IMG/VR virus record: IMGVR_UViG_3300012943_000034
Location: 1-63,685 of that record
DNA from: a virus
Lineage: Duplodnaviria; Caudoviricetes
Length of the DNA stretch: 63,685 bases
Reading direction: 5' to 3' (one strand)
Shown: positions 1 to 9,323 of the stretch, one piece after another
Numbering within the stretch: position 1 is the stretch's first letter
Layout of the letters: each line of letters begins with the position of its first letter
The notes under the pieces: generated by a model
Databases searched by the model: none
Told to the model about the DNA's origin: nothing
Seen by the model: only the letters and a program-made list of their open reading frames with translations
Position numbers and translations under genes: made by a program

Positions 1-123
1 CAAGTCCATCTCTGATTCTTCTCTAGTAATTTTTAAGTTCAGCTCCCAATACTTAGGCGGGAGATCTCTTCCAAACATTGCAAGGCAAGGGTAGTTTACA
101 GAGTGGATAAGAAGTTGTTGGAA
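1..123. repeat. Terminal direct repeat copy 1 (assembly circularisation overlap)
   Basis: Identical to 63563-63685; an ORF reads in frame across the join. Confidence 0.95.
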
Positions 124-429
124 AAACTGGCTTTGTATTGATCCATAGTGATCGTGAGATTTGTACACAAGATAATCAGCTAAAGGAATTGGATCAGTTC
201 TTAGATTGTAAATTCTCTTAACACGATCTTTCAAGTGAGCGAATACTTCAGGATGATATGTAGCGACTGACACATCTCCGAATAGATCATCTATTGCGAA
301 GCGGATCGTTGGTTCAGTGCATACAGCGTCACCGAGACCGCCGCCAACTACTATCAAAACATTCTTATGCGAATTCCTCAGATAAGCTTCTTGGAGCCGT
401 ACCGATGGGATCTGGTTTGTTTTTTTCAT
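1..429 (-). CDS. GT9-family glycosyltransferase, 5' part; continues across the origin to 63032 (about 319 aa)
   Basis: Manual translation from ATG 429: MKKTNQ...NVLIVVGGGLGDAVCTEPTIRFA..., in frame with ORF 63032..63640; paralogue of 30254..31270. Confidence 0.85.
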   Translation of the reverse strand, partial: MKKTNQIPSVRLQEAYLRNSHKNVLIVVGGGLGDAVCTEPTIRFAIDDLFGDVSVATYHPEVFAHLKDRVKRIYNLRTDPIPLADYLVYKSHDHYGSIQSQFFQQLLIHSVNYPCLAMFGRDLPPKYWELNLKITREESEMDL

Positions 430-1495
430 ATTTTAAAGCTCTCCTAACTTTTGATAAAACTTCTTCAGGTGAAATTGAGTCCATACACTTTGGAGTTCCG
501 TAGTCTAGTGGACATTTAACATTCCAATGATCTGAGGTCCAAAAGCAGTCAGTACAAAATGAACTTGATATATTATAATTCTCTGGATAACCAAAAAACT
601 TAACTGGTGTTGGCCCAAACATAACCACTGAAGGCACTCCCATTACGTGGGCAGCATGAACAAGTCCTGAATCTCCATCGATGTGTAGTGAGCTTGCCTG
701 CAATATTGCAAGTGATCTGTGTAGTCCAGTTTGATTTACTAAGCACACATCAACATTTGGAATTTTTCTAGAGTTCTTTCCACCAAGCTGAACGATATGG
801 AAGTCTGGAAACTCTTTTTTAATCATTGAAGTAAGTGTTCCCCATTGCTCCATTGACCAAGTTTTGGTAGCACGTCCACCTTCTGGAAGAGGGTTATTAT
901 TATCAATGCCATCGTGGACAGTAATTGTTTTTTTATATGTAACAAAAAATGGTTGGATCTTTTTAGACAAGGTTCCATAGCTAGGAAGTCCCATCATGTA
1001 ATTTGCCACAGTATATCTGTCCAATCCCATTTTAACACAGTGATCGGCCATGTGGTTGTCTGTATGAGGGTGGGTTGTAATGAAGGTCTTCCAGCGATCT
1101 GATGAGATGACCATTCTATTTTTAATGAACATTTCTTCAAGGGCATCGTTTTCAAAGCTCTCAAAGTTTTCAGCTAAAATAAAATTAGCCATAGTACAAA
1201 TCCAAATCAGGTACGTGTAACTCTTCATATCGTTTGAGTGATAGACAGTGTGGTCAGAATAGATTCTAGCCACTTCAGGATGCGAGCAATAAATCTCAAC
1301 GGGTCCACACATCTGAGCTATTTGATTTACAGTCTGAAGGGCTACAATCGTATCTCCAATTCCACCAGTTAGGTAAATTGGAATCTTTTTTGGCTGAACA
1401 CCAGCCTTAATTTTCATTCTCATGCCACGAGTCTCAACTTGGGCCTGTGTATTTGCTGAACTTATTTTTAGAGCTTGGATTCTAGAATGTGACAT
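365..1495 (-). CDS. GT9 (heptosyltransferase-like) glycosyltransferase
   Basis: GGIGD N-terminal motif, TKTW, DGDSGLVHAAH-GVPSVVMFGPT, C-terminal Cys cluster. Confidence 0.85.
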   Translation of the reverse strand: MSHSRIQALKISSANTQAQVETRGMRMKIKAGVQPKKIPIYLTGGIGDTIVALQTVNQIAQMCGPVEIYCSHPEVARIYSDHTVYHSNDMKSYTYLIWICTMANFILAENFESFENDALEEMFIKNRMVISSDRWKTFITTHPHTDNHMADHCVKMGLDRYTVANYMMGLPSYGTLSKKIQPFFVTYKKTITVHDGIDNNNPLPEGGRATKTWSMEQWGTLTSMIKKEFPDFHIVQLGGKNSRKIPNVDVCLVNQTGLHRSLAILQASSLHIDGDSGLVHAAHVMGVPSVVMFGPTPVKFFGYPENYNISSSFCTDCFWTSDHWNVKCPLDYGTPKCMDSISPEEVLSKVRRALKYEKNKPDPIGTAPRSLSEEFA

Positions 1496-1862
1496 AACTC
1501 AAATCCATTCCCTTTTTAAAAAGCTTCTTATAGGAAACGTACGCAAGCTCCTTGTCTCTATCATCTAAGTGTGGGTACTTAATTGAAATATATTTCAAAG
1601 CAAAATCTTTAGATATTTTCTCTTTTTTGTTGAAATCAAATTCGATGTCAGCAAGTTTAAATCCTATTATTTTTAAAGTCCTTCTCCAAATAGTTGAATC
1701 ACGATCTTCTATATAGCGAACTCCCATAAAAAAACCGTGGGCTGCTGAATTGACTGCGATACTCGCCGTAACTAAATTCCCAACCTTGCAGTTATCTTCA
1801 ACGAACTCCGATGCGTATTTTGTGGCAACTGTTTGTAGTCTCTCATCTGAAATATATTTCAT
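1482..1862 (-). CDS. hypothetical protein
   Basis: ORF overlapping neighbours in minus-strand operon. Confidence 0.6.
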   Translation of the reverse strand: MKYISDERLQTVATKYASEFVEDNCKVGNLVTASIAVNSAAHGFFMGVRYIEDRDSTIWRRTLKIIGFKLADIEFDFNKKEKISKDFALKYISIKYPHLDDRDKELAYVSYKKLFKKGMDLSYVTF

Positions 1863-2200
1863 AAGCCCTTCCCCCTTGCTCTTGATTCTTTTTCTCTGGA
1901 TTCTTTTAAACGCTTTGATACTTCTGTTTCAAACATTTCTTTGTAGCTTCTCTCTGTGTCTTCTTTGCCTTTTAGATAACCTTTAAAAAAAGCTGATGAC
2001 TCAAAACGATCTCTCAAGTTTGGGAATGGGTAAGCCAGTGCGAAGTGAATGAATCTGAACAATCTCATTAAGTTATTCAACCCGATTGGGTAACAAACAA
2101 AAGAATTTGTCTCAATGCTTTCGTAACATAGACCATACCACTTTGGTACTTCACAGCCTCTAGGTACGAACTTCTTTAGGCTCTTTGTCTTTTTCTGCAT
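1859..2200 (-). CDS. hypothetical protein
   Basis: ORF coupled to neighbours. Confidence 0.6.
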   Translation of the reverse strand: MQKKTKSLKKFVPRGCEVPKWYGLCYESIETNSFVCYPIGLNNLMRLFRFIHFALAYPFPNLRDRFESSAFFKGYLKGKEDTERSYKEMFETEVSKRLKESREKESRARGKGL

Positions 2201-2885
2201 AATCCCTCTCCATTTGTACTACATCTTTTCCAAATTTAAAGATGTCTAGTTTCGCTCTCATAGCTGAAACAACTTGCCTTCCGCATTCAGCTTGCGCCCT
2301 TACTCTCTCTGGATCAAACAACCTCACTGTATTTGAGTCGTTCTCTGTTACTCTTTTCATCGAGGTAAGTAATTGCTTGCTCAAATCTGTTAATATATTC
2401 AGAGAACTCAATACGTCCAGCTTCAAATTCTCTGATAAGCTTTGTGAGTCCTGTAGTTGGATCGTCCCTTCTTCTTTTTTCTCGCTGTAAGAGGGCGAGG
2501 TGTTCTCGGTTTTCTCTTGCCCAAATTCTTCTACGCTCTCGAATTCGTTCTCTGTTCTGTTTAGTGTATTCAGACTGTCTCTTAAGGACGGCTTCTCTTC
2601 TTTTCCAATAATATTTTCTTGATCTGAGTCGCTCCCGCTCTGGCTGAGATTTGCGATCTTCTCTTTTATCTTGGAGATGTTTCTGTCTCCATTCTGGGTC
2701 TGCATATTTTTTCCTTTTTCGTTCTCGGTCGTAAGCTTTTCGCTTCTCGATCCCTTCTGTTGTTCTTCCCATTCCTCTTCCCAATCAATGCACTCAACTG
2801 AACAGTGCTGCTGGCTGTCTGTATTCCCAACAACGAACTCCCCGCCACATCTGATACAATTTGAGATTCTCCCCTTCTTATACAT
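2160..2885 (-). CDS. hypothetical protein with N-terminal Zn finger
   Basis: CIRC...HCSVEC motif; start abuts upstream stop. Confidence 0.6.
   Translation of the reverse strand: MYKKGRISNCIRCGGEFVVGNTDSQQHCSVECIDWEEEWEEQQKGSRSEKLTTENEKGKNMQTQNGDRNISKIKEKIANLSQSGSDSDQENIIGKEEKPSLRDSLNTLNRTENEFESVEEFGQEKTENTSPSYSEKKEEGTIQLQDSQSLSENLKLDVLSSLNILTDLSKQLLTSMKRVTENDSNTVRLFDPERVRAQAECGRQVVSAMRAKLDIFKFGKDVVQMERDYAEKDKEPKEVRT
2314..2784 (-). CDS. nested Arg/Lys/Glu-rich helical protein (alternative frame)
   Basis: 156-codon open frame inside 2160..2885 with protein-like basic helical composition. Confidence 0.4.
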   Translation of the reverse strand: MGRGMGRTTEGIEKRKAYDRERKRKKYADPEWRQKHLQDKREDRKSQPERERLRSRKYYWKRREAVLKRQSEYTKQNRERIRERRRIWARENREHLALLQREKRRRDDPTTGLTKLIREFEAGRIEFSEYINRFEQAITYLDEKSNRERLKYSEVV

Positions 2886-3205
2886 TACTTGCTTATGATC
2901 CTTACTTTTCTAAGTTGAGTGAATTTATCTTTTACAAGCTTTACAACGATCTCCTCGAACTCTTCATCTGGGCTAAAATACTTGCTAAGGATCGCACACA
3001 TTCCACCAACGAACGTTGATAAATAAGTATTCAGCATATAGATCACTGAATCATCTACCTCTCCTGCGCTTGGATTAGGTTTTTTTGGTAGATCATTTCT
3101 CGTCTTACGAATAATCATATCGAAGCCGTTCTCCAATTCACCAACGAACTGTAGACAATCTCCGTTCACTTTCTTTTGCCATGGTTCATATTTATTTGTT
3201 TCCAT
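2885..3205 (-). CDS. hypothetical protein
   Basis: Coupled ORF. Confidence 0.6.
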   Translation of the reverse strand: METNKYEPWQKKVNGDCLQFVGELENGFDMIIRKTRNDLPKKPNPSAGEVDDSVIYMLNTYLSTFVGGMCAILSKYFSPDEEFEEIVVKLVKDKFTQLRKVRIISK

Positions 3206-3497
3206 TTACCCCTAACCTTTCTTCATAAAAATTTAATCCGCTTACAAAACCAACGGCTGCCATATTAAGCTGTGCCATTTTATCTGGGACATTTATATTT
3301 TTAAATTTCTCTTTATCTAATCTCTCTACGAACTTAGTTGAATGATCTTGCTTTTGATACTGATCCATTGGAGCTGGAACAACCTTGTGCTTGATAAACA
3401 AATAAATGATGTCGTTGAAACAGTTGTCCGAGAACCCATGTTGTTTTTGTAGTTCAAGAACTTCCTGTCTATATGCCTCTTCTTTTGTAATACTCAT
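3192..3497 (-). CDS. hypothetical protein
   Basis: Coupled ORF. Confidence 0.6.
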   Translation of the reverse strand: MSITKEEAYRQEVLELQKQHGFSDNCFNDIIYLFIKHKVVPAPMDQYQKQDHSTKFVERLDKEKFKNINVPDKMAQLNMAAVGFVSGLNFYEERLGVNGNK

Positions 3498-3796
3498 ATT
3501 TTCCTCACTAATTTTTTAACACCGAAACGGTCTTCAAATTCAAATCCTTTTTCTTCGAGAACCAGCACAATGCTAGGACACAGAATGCTAAGTTTATACC
3601 AACCATGGTTGTGCTGATAGTTATGGTGGTTTCTGCACATCTGTAAAATATTTTCCTCAACATCGTCGCCCCCGGTTCCCACCGATTTAATATGACATGG
3701 ATCAGTTAATTGGTGGCACCCCGGTACTAGGCACTTCTGTCGGCGAAACTTCTCTAGCGTTTTCTGGGACTTGATTCTCTTCTTCTTTGGTAGCAT
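3494..3796 (-). CDS. HNH-type Zn-binding nuclease (DUF968-like)
   Basis: CLVPGC...DPCHIKSVGTGG...NILQMCRNHHNYQH; start taken at MLPKKKR, inside ORF 3494..3898. Confidence 0.7.
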   Translation of the reverse strand: MLPKKKRIKSQKTLEKFRRQKCLVPGCHQLTDPCHIKSVGTGGDDVEENILQMCRNHHNYQHNHGWYKLSILCPSIVLVLEEKGFEFEDRFGVKKLVRKI

Positions 3797-4556
3797 TTTC
3801 ATTTCCATAAGTTTGGTTAAATACATCAGCCGCACTTTGAGTCTTCTCTTCTCTGTATGGAGTAATGTCTGGCGCAATATCAAAGTCGTATTCAGCAATC
3901 AATACACCAACCTTTGCTTCAGGAAATACAAAGTTTACACCTAGAGCTTGGGCTTTTCTCATTAGCATTACCTTAAGAGCTTTCATCCAAGGTGAATCCA
4001 TATTTGGAATCTGACCTAAGTTTTGACCATTAACCCAATTTGCTTTCGTTGGCGGGTACTGTCCTGCGACCTTTGCTTCTTCTAAAGTGTATGAGAAAGA
4101 TTCTTCATCACGACCTTCTCTTTTTACGTCACAAATTCCTGCGAAAGGTTCTTTATCTAAGTTTTTATTCTTAACACAAATTTCTTTGTAATCTTTATCA
4201 ACAACATAGACTTTAAATTTCTCAACCTTACCCGTTCTCTCCGCAAGCGTTCTTGGGAACTCTCCGTAGATAGTCATTTGACCTTTGATAATTGCAATGT
4301 GATTTAAAGCAAGCTGCCAAGTATCTCCCATTAGAGATTTTGACAAATTGTATGCGGCTAATTTTTGCTCGTTTGTTTTAAATCTTTCTGGGAATGCTCC
4401 ACCTTTTCCTAAAAAGCCTATCACTGCTGAAAGCTCTTTATGGTCTTTTGGAGCCATAATTTGATTATCACTTAATGCGATTGCATTTGATTTTGGTTCT
4501 TCTACTGGCGGTTTCTCTGCCGCTTGATCTATTGTCTGCCCTTCCGTTTGTTCCAT
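3702..4556 (-). CDS. RecT/Bet-like single-strand annealing protein
   Basis: IAIIKGQMTIYG, FSYTLEEAKVAG, SPW...MLMRKA...FPE pattern; RecE-like partner at 14969. Confidence 0.65.
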   Translation of the reverse strand: MEQTEGQTIDQAAEKPPVEEPKSNAIALSDNQIMAPKDHKELSAVIGFLGKGGAFPERFKTNEQKLAAYNLSKSLMGDTWQLALNHIAIIKGQMTIYGEFPRTLAERTGKVEKFKVYVVDKDYKEICVKNKNLDKEPFAGICDVKREGRDEESFSYTLEEAKVAGQYPPTKANWVNGQNLGQIPNMDSPWMKALKVMLMRKAQALGVNFVFPEAKVGVLIAEYDFDIAPDITPYREEKTQSAADVFNQTYGNENATKEEENQVPENAREVSPTEVPSTGVPPIN

Positions 4557-4568
4557 CCCTTTGCTCCT

Positions 4569-4799
4569 TTAAGCTAAAATATTTTTAATCTTTCCTTCGA
4601 GTCCCTTATCACCTAGTAGTGATAAAAATTGTCTACGTGTCTGCTCCCATTCAGGAGTTTTGCCAAGCTTCATCTCGGCTAAATCCATTATCATTCCTCT
4701 GTAAAATTCTATCGTTGTAATTACTTGTCCTTTTTGAGTGGACAACGGCGCTTGAGGCGTACTTTCCCTTGGGCCTTTTCGTAACTTTGTAACTTCCAT
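4569..4799 (-). CDS. hypothetical protein
   Basis: GGAGG RBS before ATG. Confidence 0.6.
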   Translation of the reverse strand: MEVTKLRKGPRESTPQAPLSTQKGQVITTIEFYRGMIMDLAEMKLGKTPEWEQTRRQFLSLLGDKGLEGKIKNILA

Positions 4800-4861
4800 T
4801 GTTCCTCCGAGTTCTAAAACCTATGATAATTCAATTGAAAAGTTAAGTGTAAAATTGTAAT

Positions 4862-5377
4862 TCATGCAATTAAATCCATTATGGTGTAAGTTCTGTTTAG
4901 CCACCCTTTCAAATATTTAATTTGGCTTGGGTTCGATATTACAATTCCAACGTAACGCATCTGTACAAGCTTCACGAATTTAAGCATAAAGCGGGTTCTG
5001 TGAGCCGTGTTGATAGCTGAAGCAGTCAAAGGACCCATCACACCATCTACTCTTACTCCAGCCGATTCTTGTGCGAATTTTACAGCATATCCAACGCCCA
5101 TGTTCACTCCTATATCGAATATAGTTGTGGCAATATTATTGTCCATAACAAGGTCGAGTTTCATCTTAGCCCAATACAGCTTGTGGTAAACTGTGGCGGC
5201 CTCTAAGCGTGTCATTGCTTTAAGCTCATCAACTGTACCCTGTCTGCCCAAAAACTCGCTGTAAGTTCTTAAAGTGATTCCCATGTGGGTTGCGCCACCA
5301 CGATCAATTGGATCGTCTGTAAACGCCATGCCCTCGTTTTTTAAAACGTGCTCTAGTGATTCTTCAAAATTAGCCAT
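4862..5377 (-). CDS. Endolysin, glycoside hydrolase family 108 with peptidoglycan-binding C-terminus
   Basis: EG...DPIDRGGATHMGIT, FDIGVNMG, VDGVMGPLT, YLKGWLNR. Confidence 0.9.
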   Translation of the reverse strand: MANFEESLEHVLKNEGMAFTDDPIDRGGATHMGITLRTYSEFLGRQGTVDELKAMTRLEAATVYHKLYWAKMKLDLVMDNNIATTIFDIGVNMGVGYAVKFAQESAGVRVDGVMGPLTASAINTAHRTRFMLKFVKLVQMRYVGIVISNPSQIKYLKGWLNRTYTIMDLIA

Positions 5378-5618
5378 GATGCAATACTCCTGTTTTATGA
5401 AAATTATCTACAACTTTCTCTGCTATTGATTTCACTTCATTAACGTGTGTTTCATAATCTACGCCCATATCTTTATCAATTAGGTATTTATAGAATCCTT
5501 GCTGTAATTTCTTTTCAAGAGCGAGGGCTATGTCTATTCCAATTTTTAGATTGATTTTCTTAAACCCTTGTTTTTTAAGATGCTTTCTAAGCCTCTTTCT
5601 TTTCTTCATGTTGTTCAT
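5370..5618 (-). CDS. hypothetical protein
   Basis: Coupled ORF. Confidence 0.55.
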   Translation of the reverse strand: MNNMKKRKRLRKHLKKQGFKKINLKIGIDIALALEKKLQQGFYKYLIDKDMGVDYETHVNEVKSIAEKVVDNFHKTGVLHHG

Positions 5619-5905
5619 TCAGCTACCTTTTTCAAAATACTAAATGCAACCCTTCCATCTTCTAGATCGTACAACCATCCAATATCAAACTGTGCCTCTC
5701 GACCAGTGTATCCATTTGGTTCACGAAACTTTTTTATGTTAAATTCAGGGCACATATACGATTCAATCGTTGGGTCCCACTCTCTCAAAAGAACCTTTTC
5801 ACCAGTGTGATATTGTCTATCGTTTAATCTAATTTCAAAAGTCTTTCTACCTTCGAGAATTTCTTCAAAGTAAACGGGCCATATTTTTAGATCATGTATT
5901 TTCAT
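5615..5905 (-). CDS. ASCH/PUA-like protein (DUF3850)
   Basis: HDLKIWPVYFEEILEGRKTFEIRLNDR...LLREW...YTGR. Confidence 0.85.
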   Translation of the reverse strand: MKIHDLKIWPVYFEEILEGRKTFEIRLNDRQYHTGEKVLLREWDPTIESYMCPEFNIKKFREPNGYTGREAQFDIGWLYDLEDGRVAFSILKKVAE

Positions 5906-6239
5906 ATCTCTCTCCCAATCCTAATCTGTGTAAAATGTCTGGATCTATTTTAGCTAAATGATTTGTTCGGCCAGTTTGAATCTTTGCATATCTAAACCCT
6001 GCTGGCTTCTCGTATGGAAATTCAGCTATACGTTCTTTGCAGTAAGATGCTCTGTAAACAAACTCTTCTATTAAGATTTTTAAGCACTCGTGACACGTAA
6101 CTTTTTGAAACGCAAATGTGCTGCTTTGACTTTTAGGTAATTGAACTCTTCTCTTCTGGCAGTAGATCATTTCCATTTGAACCCTCCTGCCATCATCCCT
6201 AACAGATCCGTACCTGTTCCCCTTGCTCATGTGTACCAT
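5892..6239 (-). CDS. small Zn-finger protein (H...C...VTCxxC)
   Basis: MVH...YC...VTCHEC. Confidence 0.55.
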   Translation of the reverse strand: MVHMSKGNRYGSVRDDGRRVQMEMIYCQKRRVQLPKSQSSTFAFQKVTCHECLKILIEEFVYRASYCKERIAEFPYEKPAGFRYAKIQTGRTNHLAKIDPDILHRLGLGERYENT

Positions 6240-6390
6240 TACATATATTCCTTTTCATATAACTTTACCGCTTCTTCAATTAAGTCTTCGCAAAATAGCT
6301 CTAGGCATTTACTTAAACCATTTTCTCCGTCTTCGTAATCTGCGGCTTTTTCAATTAAGTATTTTAAAACTTCTTTTCTTTTTTCATCCA

Positions 6391-7203
6391 TTAAAGTTGC
6401 CTCAATGCCATTTGTGGTTCTGGCTGTTTATCTACCTGTGGGACATTCAGAGCTTGTTCTATTTTCTTTTGTCTCTCACGTCTTTTGATCTCTTCTTTTT
6501 TACCACGATTCTTTTTCTCATCTTCTACAATAGCAAGTCTCAATCTTCTGTTACATTCACGGGCAACATCAGATGGGGTACTGCAATTCATTACAATTTC
6601 TTTAGCACTAATGTCGAACCTATCTTTAAGTATTCCTTCAGCTATTTTTAACAGAGCAGATTGTGGTGGCAGAGGTACTTCTAAAATAACATCGAAGCGT
6701 CTTTTGATTGCTGGATCAATTCTCTCGAACAGGTTGGTGCAAGCTACGATTAATCCTCTCGGCCTGTTGTTATCAAAAGAAGTTAGAATAGTATTTACAA
6801 TTCTGTTCTCTGTTCTGCCAGCTCCGTCTTCGCTATCACCACGCTTTGTAGCAATTGAATCGAACTCATCTATCAGAAGAACGTGGGTGTTTAAGTAAGC
6901 TGATTTAAGCATTCTATCAATGTTACCCTCCGATGTTCCAAGCGTTGATCCAACTACGTTAGAGCAAGAAACTAAATAAAGCGGTAACTTAAAAAGTGCG
7001 GCAAGCCCGTGAGCTACAGAAGTCTTTCCACATCCAGGTGGGCCATGAATGAGAATTGTTTTTCTAGGCACTAGCCCATTTGCCACAAGAGCTTCTTCGT
7101 ACTCGTGGTCTTCTGCTATCTCAACCAGAGTTCTTTGGACTTCTTCTGGAAGAGTCAGATCATGTAATGTATGTTTAACTTTCAGTAGCTCTGGTGTGCT
7201 CAT
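6391..7203 (-). CDS. AAA+ ATPase
   Basis: Walker A GPPGCGKT, Walker B LLIDEFD, CTN...DPAIKRRFD second region of homology. Confidence 0.92.
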   Translation of the reverse strand: MSTPELLKVKHTLHDLTLPEEVQRTLVEIAEDHEYEEALVANGLVPRKTILIHGPPGCGKTSVAHGLAALFKLPLYLVSCSNVVGSTLGTSEGNIDRMLKSAYLNTHVLLIDEFDSIATKRGDSEDGAGRTENRIVNTILTSFDNNRPRGLIVACTNLFERIDPAIKRRFDVILEVPLPPQSALLKIAEGILKDRFDISAKEIVMNCSTPSDVARECNRRLRLAIVEDEKKNRGKKEEIKRRERQKKIEQALNVPQVDKQPEPQMALRQL

Positions 7204-7537
7204 CGTAAAATTCCTTTAATTCTTTAAATATTTGATTTTGAGTTTCACTGAACTCACCAGCAAACCCGCCCAACATATCAATTGCTCTGTGCAACTTTTT
7301 TAAAACTTTTTCTTTTTTAACTATGGCATTGGCTGTTTCGAGTGTGCATCTGTCTGAGTAATTTTCTAAGTCAGCTATTTTTTTATCTACTTCTTTTGCA
7401 GCATAGAACTTTACACACTCTTCATTGAAATCAGTTGGCTCAATCGGCTCTCCGCAAGTCCAGCGCATAGACATTCTTGTGTCTTTGTCTGGGTCTCCAC
7501 CAAATAAAATATGCCAAGCTTTCATACAACACCGCAC
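7175..7537 (-). CDS. hypothetical protein
   Basis: ORF in operon. Confidence 0.55.
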   Translation of the reverse strand: MRCCMKAWHILFGGDPDKDTRMSMRWTCGEPIEPTDFNEECVKFYAAKEVDKKIADLENYSDRCTLETANAIVKKEKVLKKLHRAIDMLGGFAGEFSETQNQIFKELKEFYDEHTRATES

Positions 7538-7685
7538 AGTTTTAAAATTAAGAAAATTACCAAAGCTAATATAAATGCTTCTTTTTTATAGCTTTTTACT
7601 GGAACCCTAACTGGCATTGATCTTCTCTCACATGAATAACTAACCCCAACAATCGGAGAACTTCTAGATTCTTCTTTACGTTCGC

Positions 7686-7862
7686 TCATTTTTTCATCCT
7701 CAAACATCTCTTGCACGTTACTCTTAACTTCTTTTCTTTTAATCCTGTTTTACAATAATTGGTTGAATTACGATCATCTAAAACCCATCTCTCTGGTTGC
7801 CAAGCTCCGCAATTTGACTTTGTAGTCCTCCAATGCCAATTCAATCTATGGACAACTTTCAT
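7686..7862 (-). CDS. small Zn-finger protein, 58 aa (not in ORF track)
   Basis: Manual translation MKVVH...NCG...RVTCKRCLRMKK; ATGA-coupled to upstream gene. Confidence 0.55.
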   Translation of the reverse strand: MKVVHRLNWHWRTTKSNCGAWQPERWVLDDRNSTNYCKTGLKEKKLRVTCKRCLRMKK

Positions 7863-8308
7863 ATTGGATCATCCATTATTAATTTACTTGGTTTTAAGCC
7901 ATTGAAGTTCTTTGATCTGTATTCTTGAATCCACTTATCAACTTCTTTCATTACAGACATATAGGCTGGCGATGGTGTCATCGTTACTTCTTGTCCAGGC
8001 TTGTACGTTCTCCAAACTTTATTTCTTAGATCGTTTGGCAATTTAAACCAATGCTCTTTGCATCCCCACATGGCCGGAGGTACTTGCTTTCCACACATCG
8101 GCCAGTGACAAGTATGCGGTCTAGTTTGTGGTTGTGACTTTACATATTCTACTTTTGATCCAGACATAACAGCTCTGCACTCCTTACAGTCTACTAATTT
8201 TCTTTTAACATGGGTATTCAGATCACCTAGCTTATATGACTTACAAGAAAGCTTAAGGTGATATGGTCCCCAATGAATTGTTTTATGTTCCAACTTCTTT
8301 CCACTCAA
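7859..8308 (-). CDS. double Zn-finger protein
   Basis: IH...SC...VDCKEC then HTCHWPMC...MWGCKEHW. Confidence 0.65.
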   Translation of the reverse strand: MSGKKLEHKTIHWGPYHLKLSCKSYKLGDLNTHVKRKLVDCKECRAVMSGSKVEYVKSQPQTRPHTCHWPMCGKQVPPAMWGCKEHWFKLPNDLRNKVWRTYKPGQEVTMTPSPAYMSVMKEVDKWIQEYRSKNFNGLKPSKLIMDDPI

Positions 8309-8486
8309 TCTTAACCTTAAGGTTTAAATCAGGAAAAGTATTGTGCTCTTTTACTTCACAAATAGACATCATTGGCGCTGAGAAAGATACCTTGCTCTTC
8401 TGTGATTCAGGAACGTTCTCGGCTGTGTTCAACACTTTGTCGCACACTCCACATTTTGCAGTTGCGTTGTATAATTTCTCACCCAT
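8283..8486 (-). CDS. small Zn-ribbon protein
   Basis: CGVC...C...H. Confidence 0.55.
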   Translation of the reverse strand: MGEKLYNATAKCGVCDKVLNTAENVPESQKSKVSFSAPMMSICEVKEHNTFPDLNLKVKIEWKEVGT

Positions 8487-8641
8487 TTTGAGCCGCCAAT
8501 TTCAGTCTGACTTTATGACTATTTCTCTCCATTTTATCTTTCAAAGAAAGCTTTTGGTATGAAGCGTTCCTAGCTTCTGCTTCAGCTCTTTTCTTTGCTC
8601 TCTGTTCTTTAAGTCCTCTTTTTGGTTTGTCCAAGCTCACG

Positions 8642-8905
8642 CTATTCTCCTTGTTCTATTAGTTTGGTTTTTGCTTCTTTAAAATCACAGTCTAAAATAA
8701 TACCGACGATTGTCGCTGCCCACATTTGATCCATGTAAGGTTTGCAATACTTTAAAATCTTTTTAATTTCTTCATCTCGCTGCCCGAATCCAATTCTAGC
8801 TCCGTCTATAAGGTATGGCCTTGCTTCGTCAGGTCTTCTGAAGTGTCCCATGTCTATGTATTCATCAATTCTTTTTATCAGCTTGTCGTGTTGTTCTTTA
8901 GTCAT
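8642..8905 (-). CDS. hypothetical protein
   Basis: Coupled ORF with GGAG RBS. Confidence 0.55.
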   Translation of the reverse strand: MTKEQHDKLIKRIDEYIDMGHFRRPDEARPYLIDGARIGFGQRDEEIKKILKYCKPYMDQMWAATIVGIILDCDFKEAKTKLIEQGE

Positions 8906-9129
8906 TTGCTCTCCAAGTCTTTAAGGGTTGCAATAAATTCATCGTTATATTTCTCAAACAATCTGTTCTTTACTTTCTCAAGATGGGCCACAACTTTGGT
9001 GTGCTTCTCGATTAGTTTATTTAAACACTCCATACAAGTGACCTCATGGTAGTCGAATGATCTATCAGTGTAGTGAGTCTCTTGACCACAAGCTGATGTG
9101 TAGTTATCAATCCCCCCTGCGTGTATCAA
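8902..9129 (-). CDS. small Zn-finger protein (H...C...VTCxxC)
   Basis: IHAGG...SACG...VTCMEC. Confidence 0.55.
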   Translation of the reverse strand: MIHAGGIDNYTSACGQETHYTDRSFDYHEVTCMECLNKLIEKHTKVVAHLEKVKNRLFEKYNDEFIATLKDLESK

Positions 9130-9323
9130 AAATAACCTCCGTCGAAATCATCAGGCGGTAAATCTTCTTCTGGTGGGATGTCAGCATCTTCTTTATCTGC
9201 CTCTTCCATTCGATCTCTATAGTAATTATCTTTTCCGTGGTCTATATCTCCATAGCACATAGAGCAAGTTCTTTGCCCTTCAGATACTCGGCTACCACAT
9301 TGTGTACAGTAACTAGGTTTCAC
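9126..9323 (-). CDS. small Zn-ribbon protein with acidic tail
   Basis: CTQC...CSMC; D/E-rich C-terminus. Confidence 0.55.
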   Translation of the reverse strand: MKPSYCTQCGSRVSEGQRTCSMCYGDIDHGKDNYYRDRMEEADKEDADIPPEEDLPPDDFDGGYF

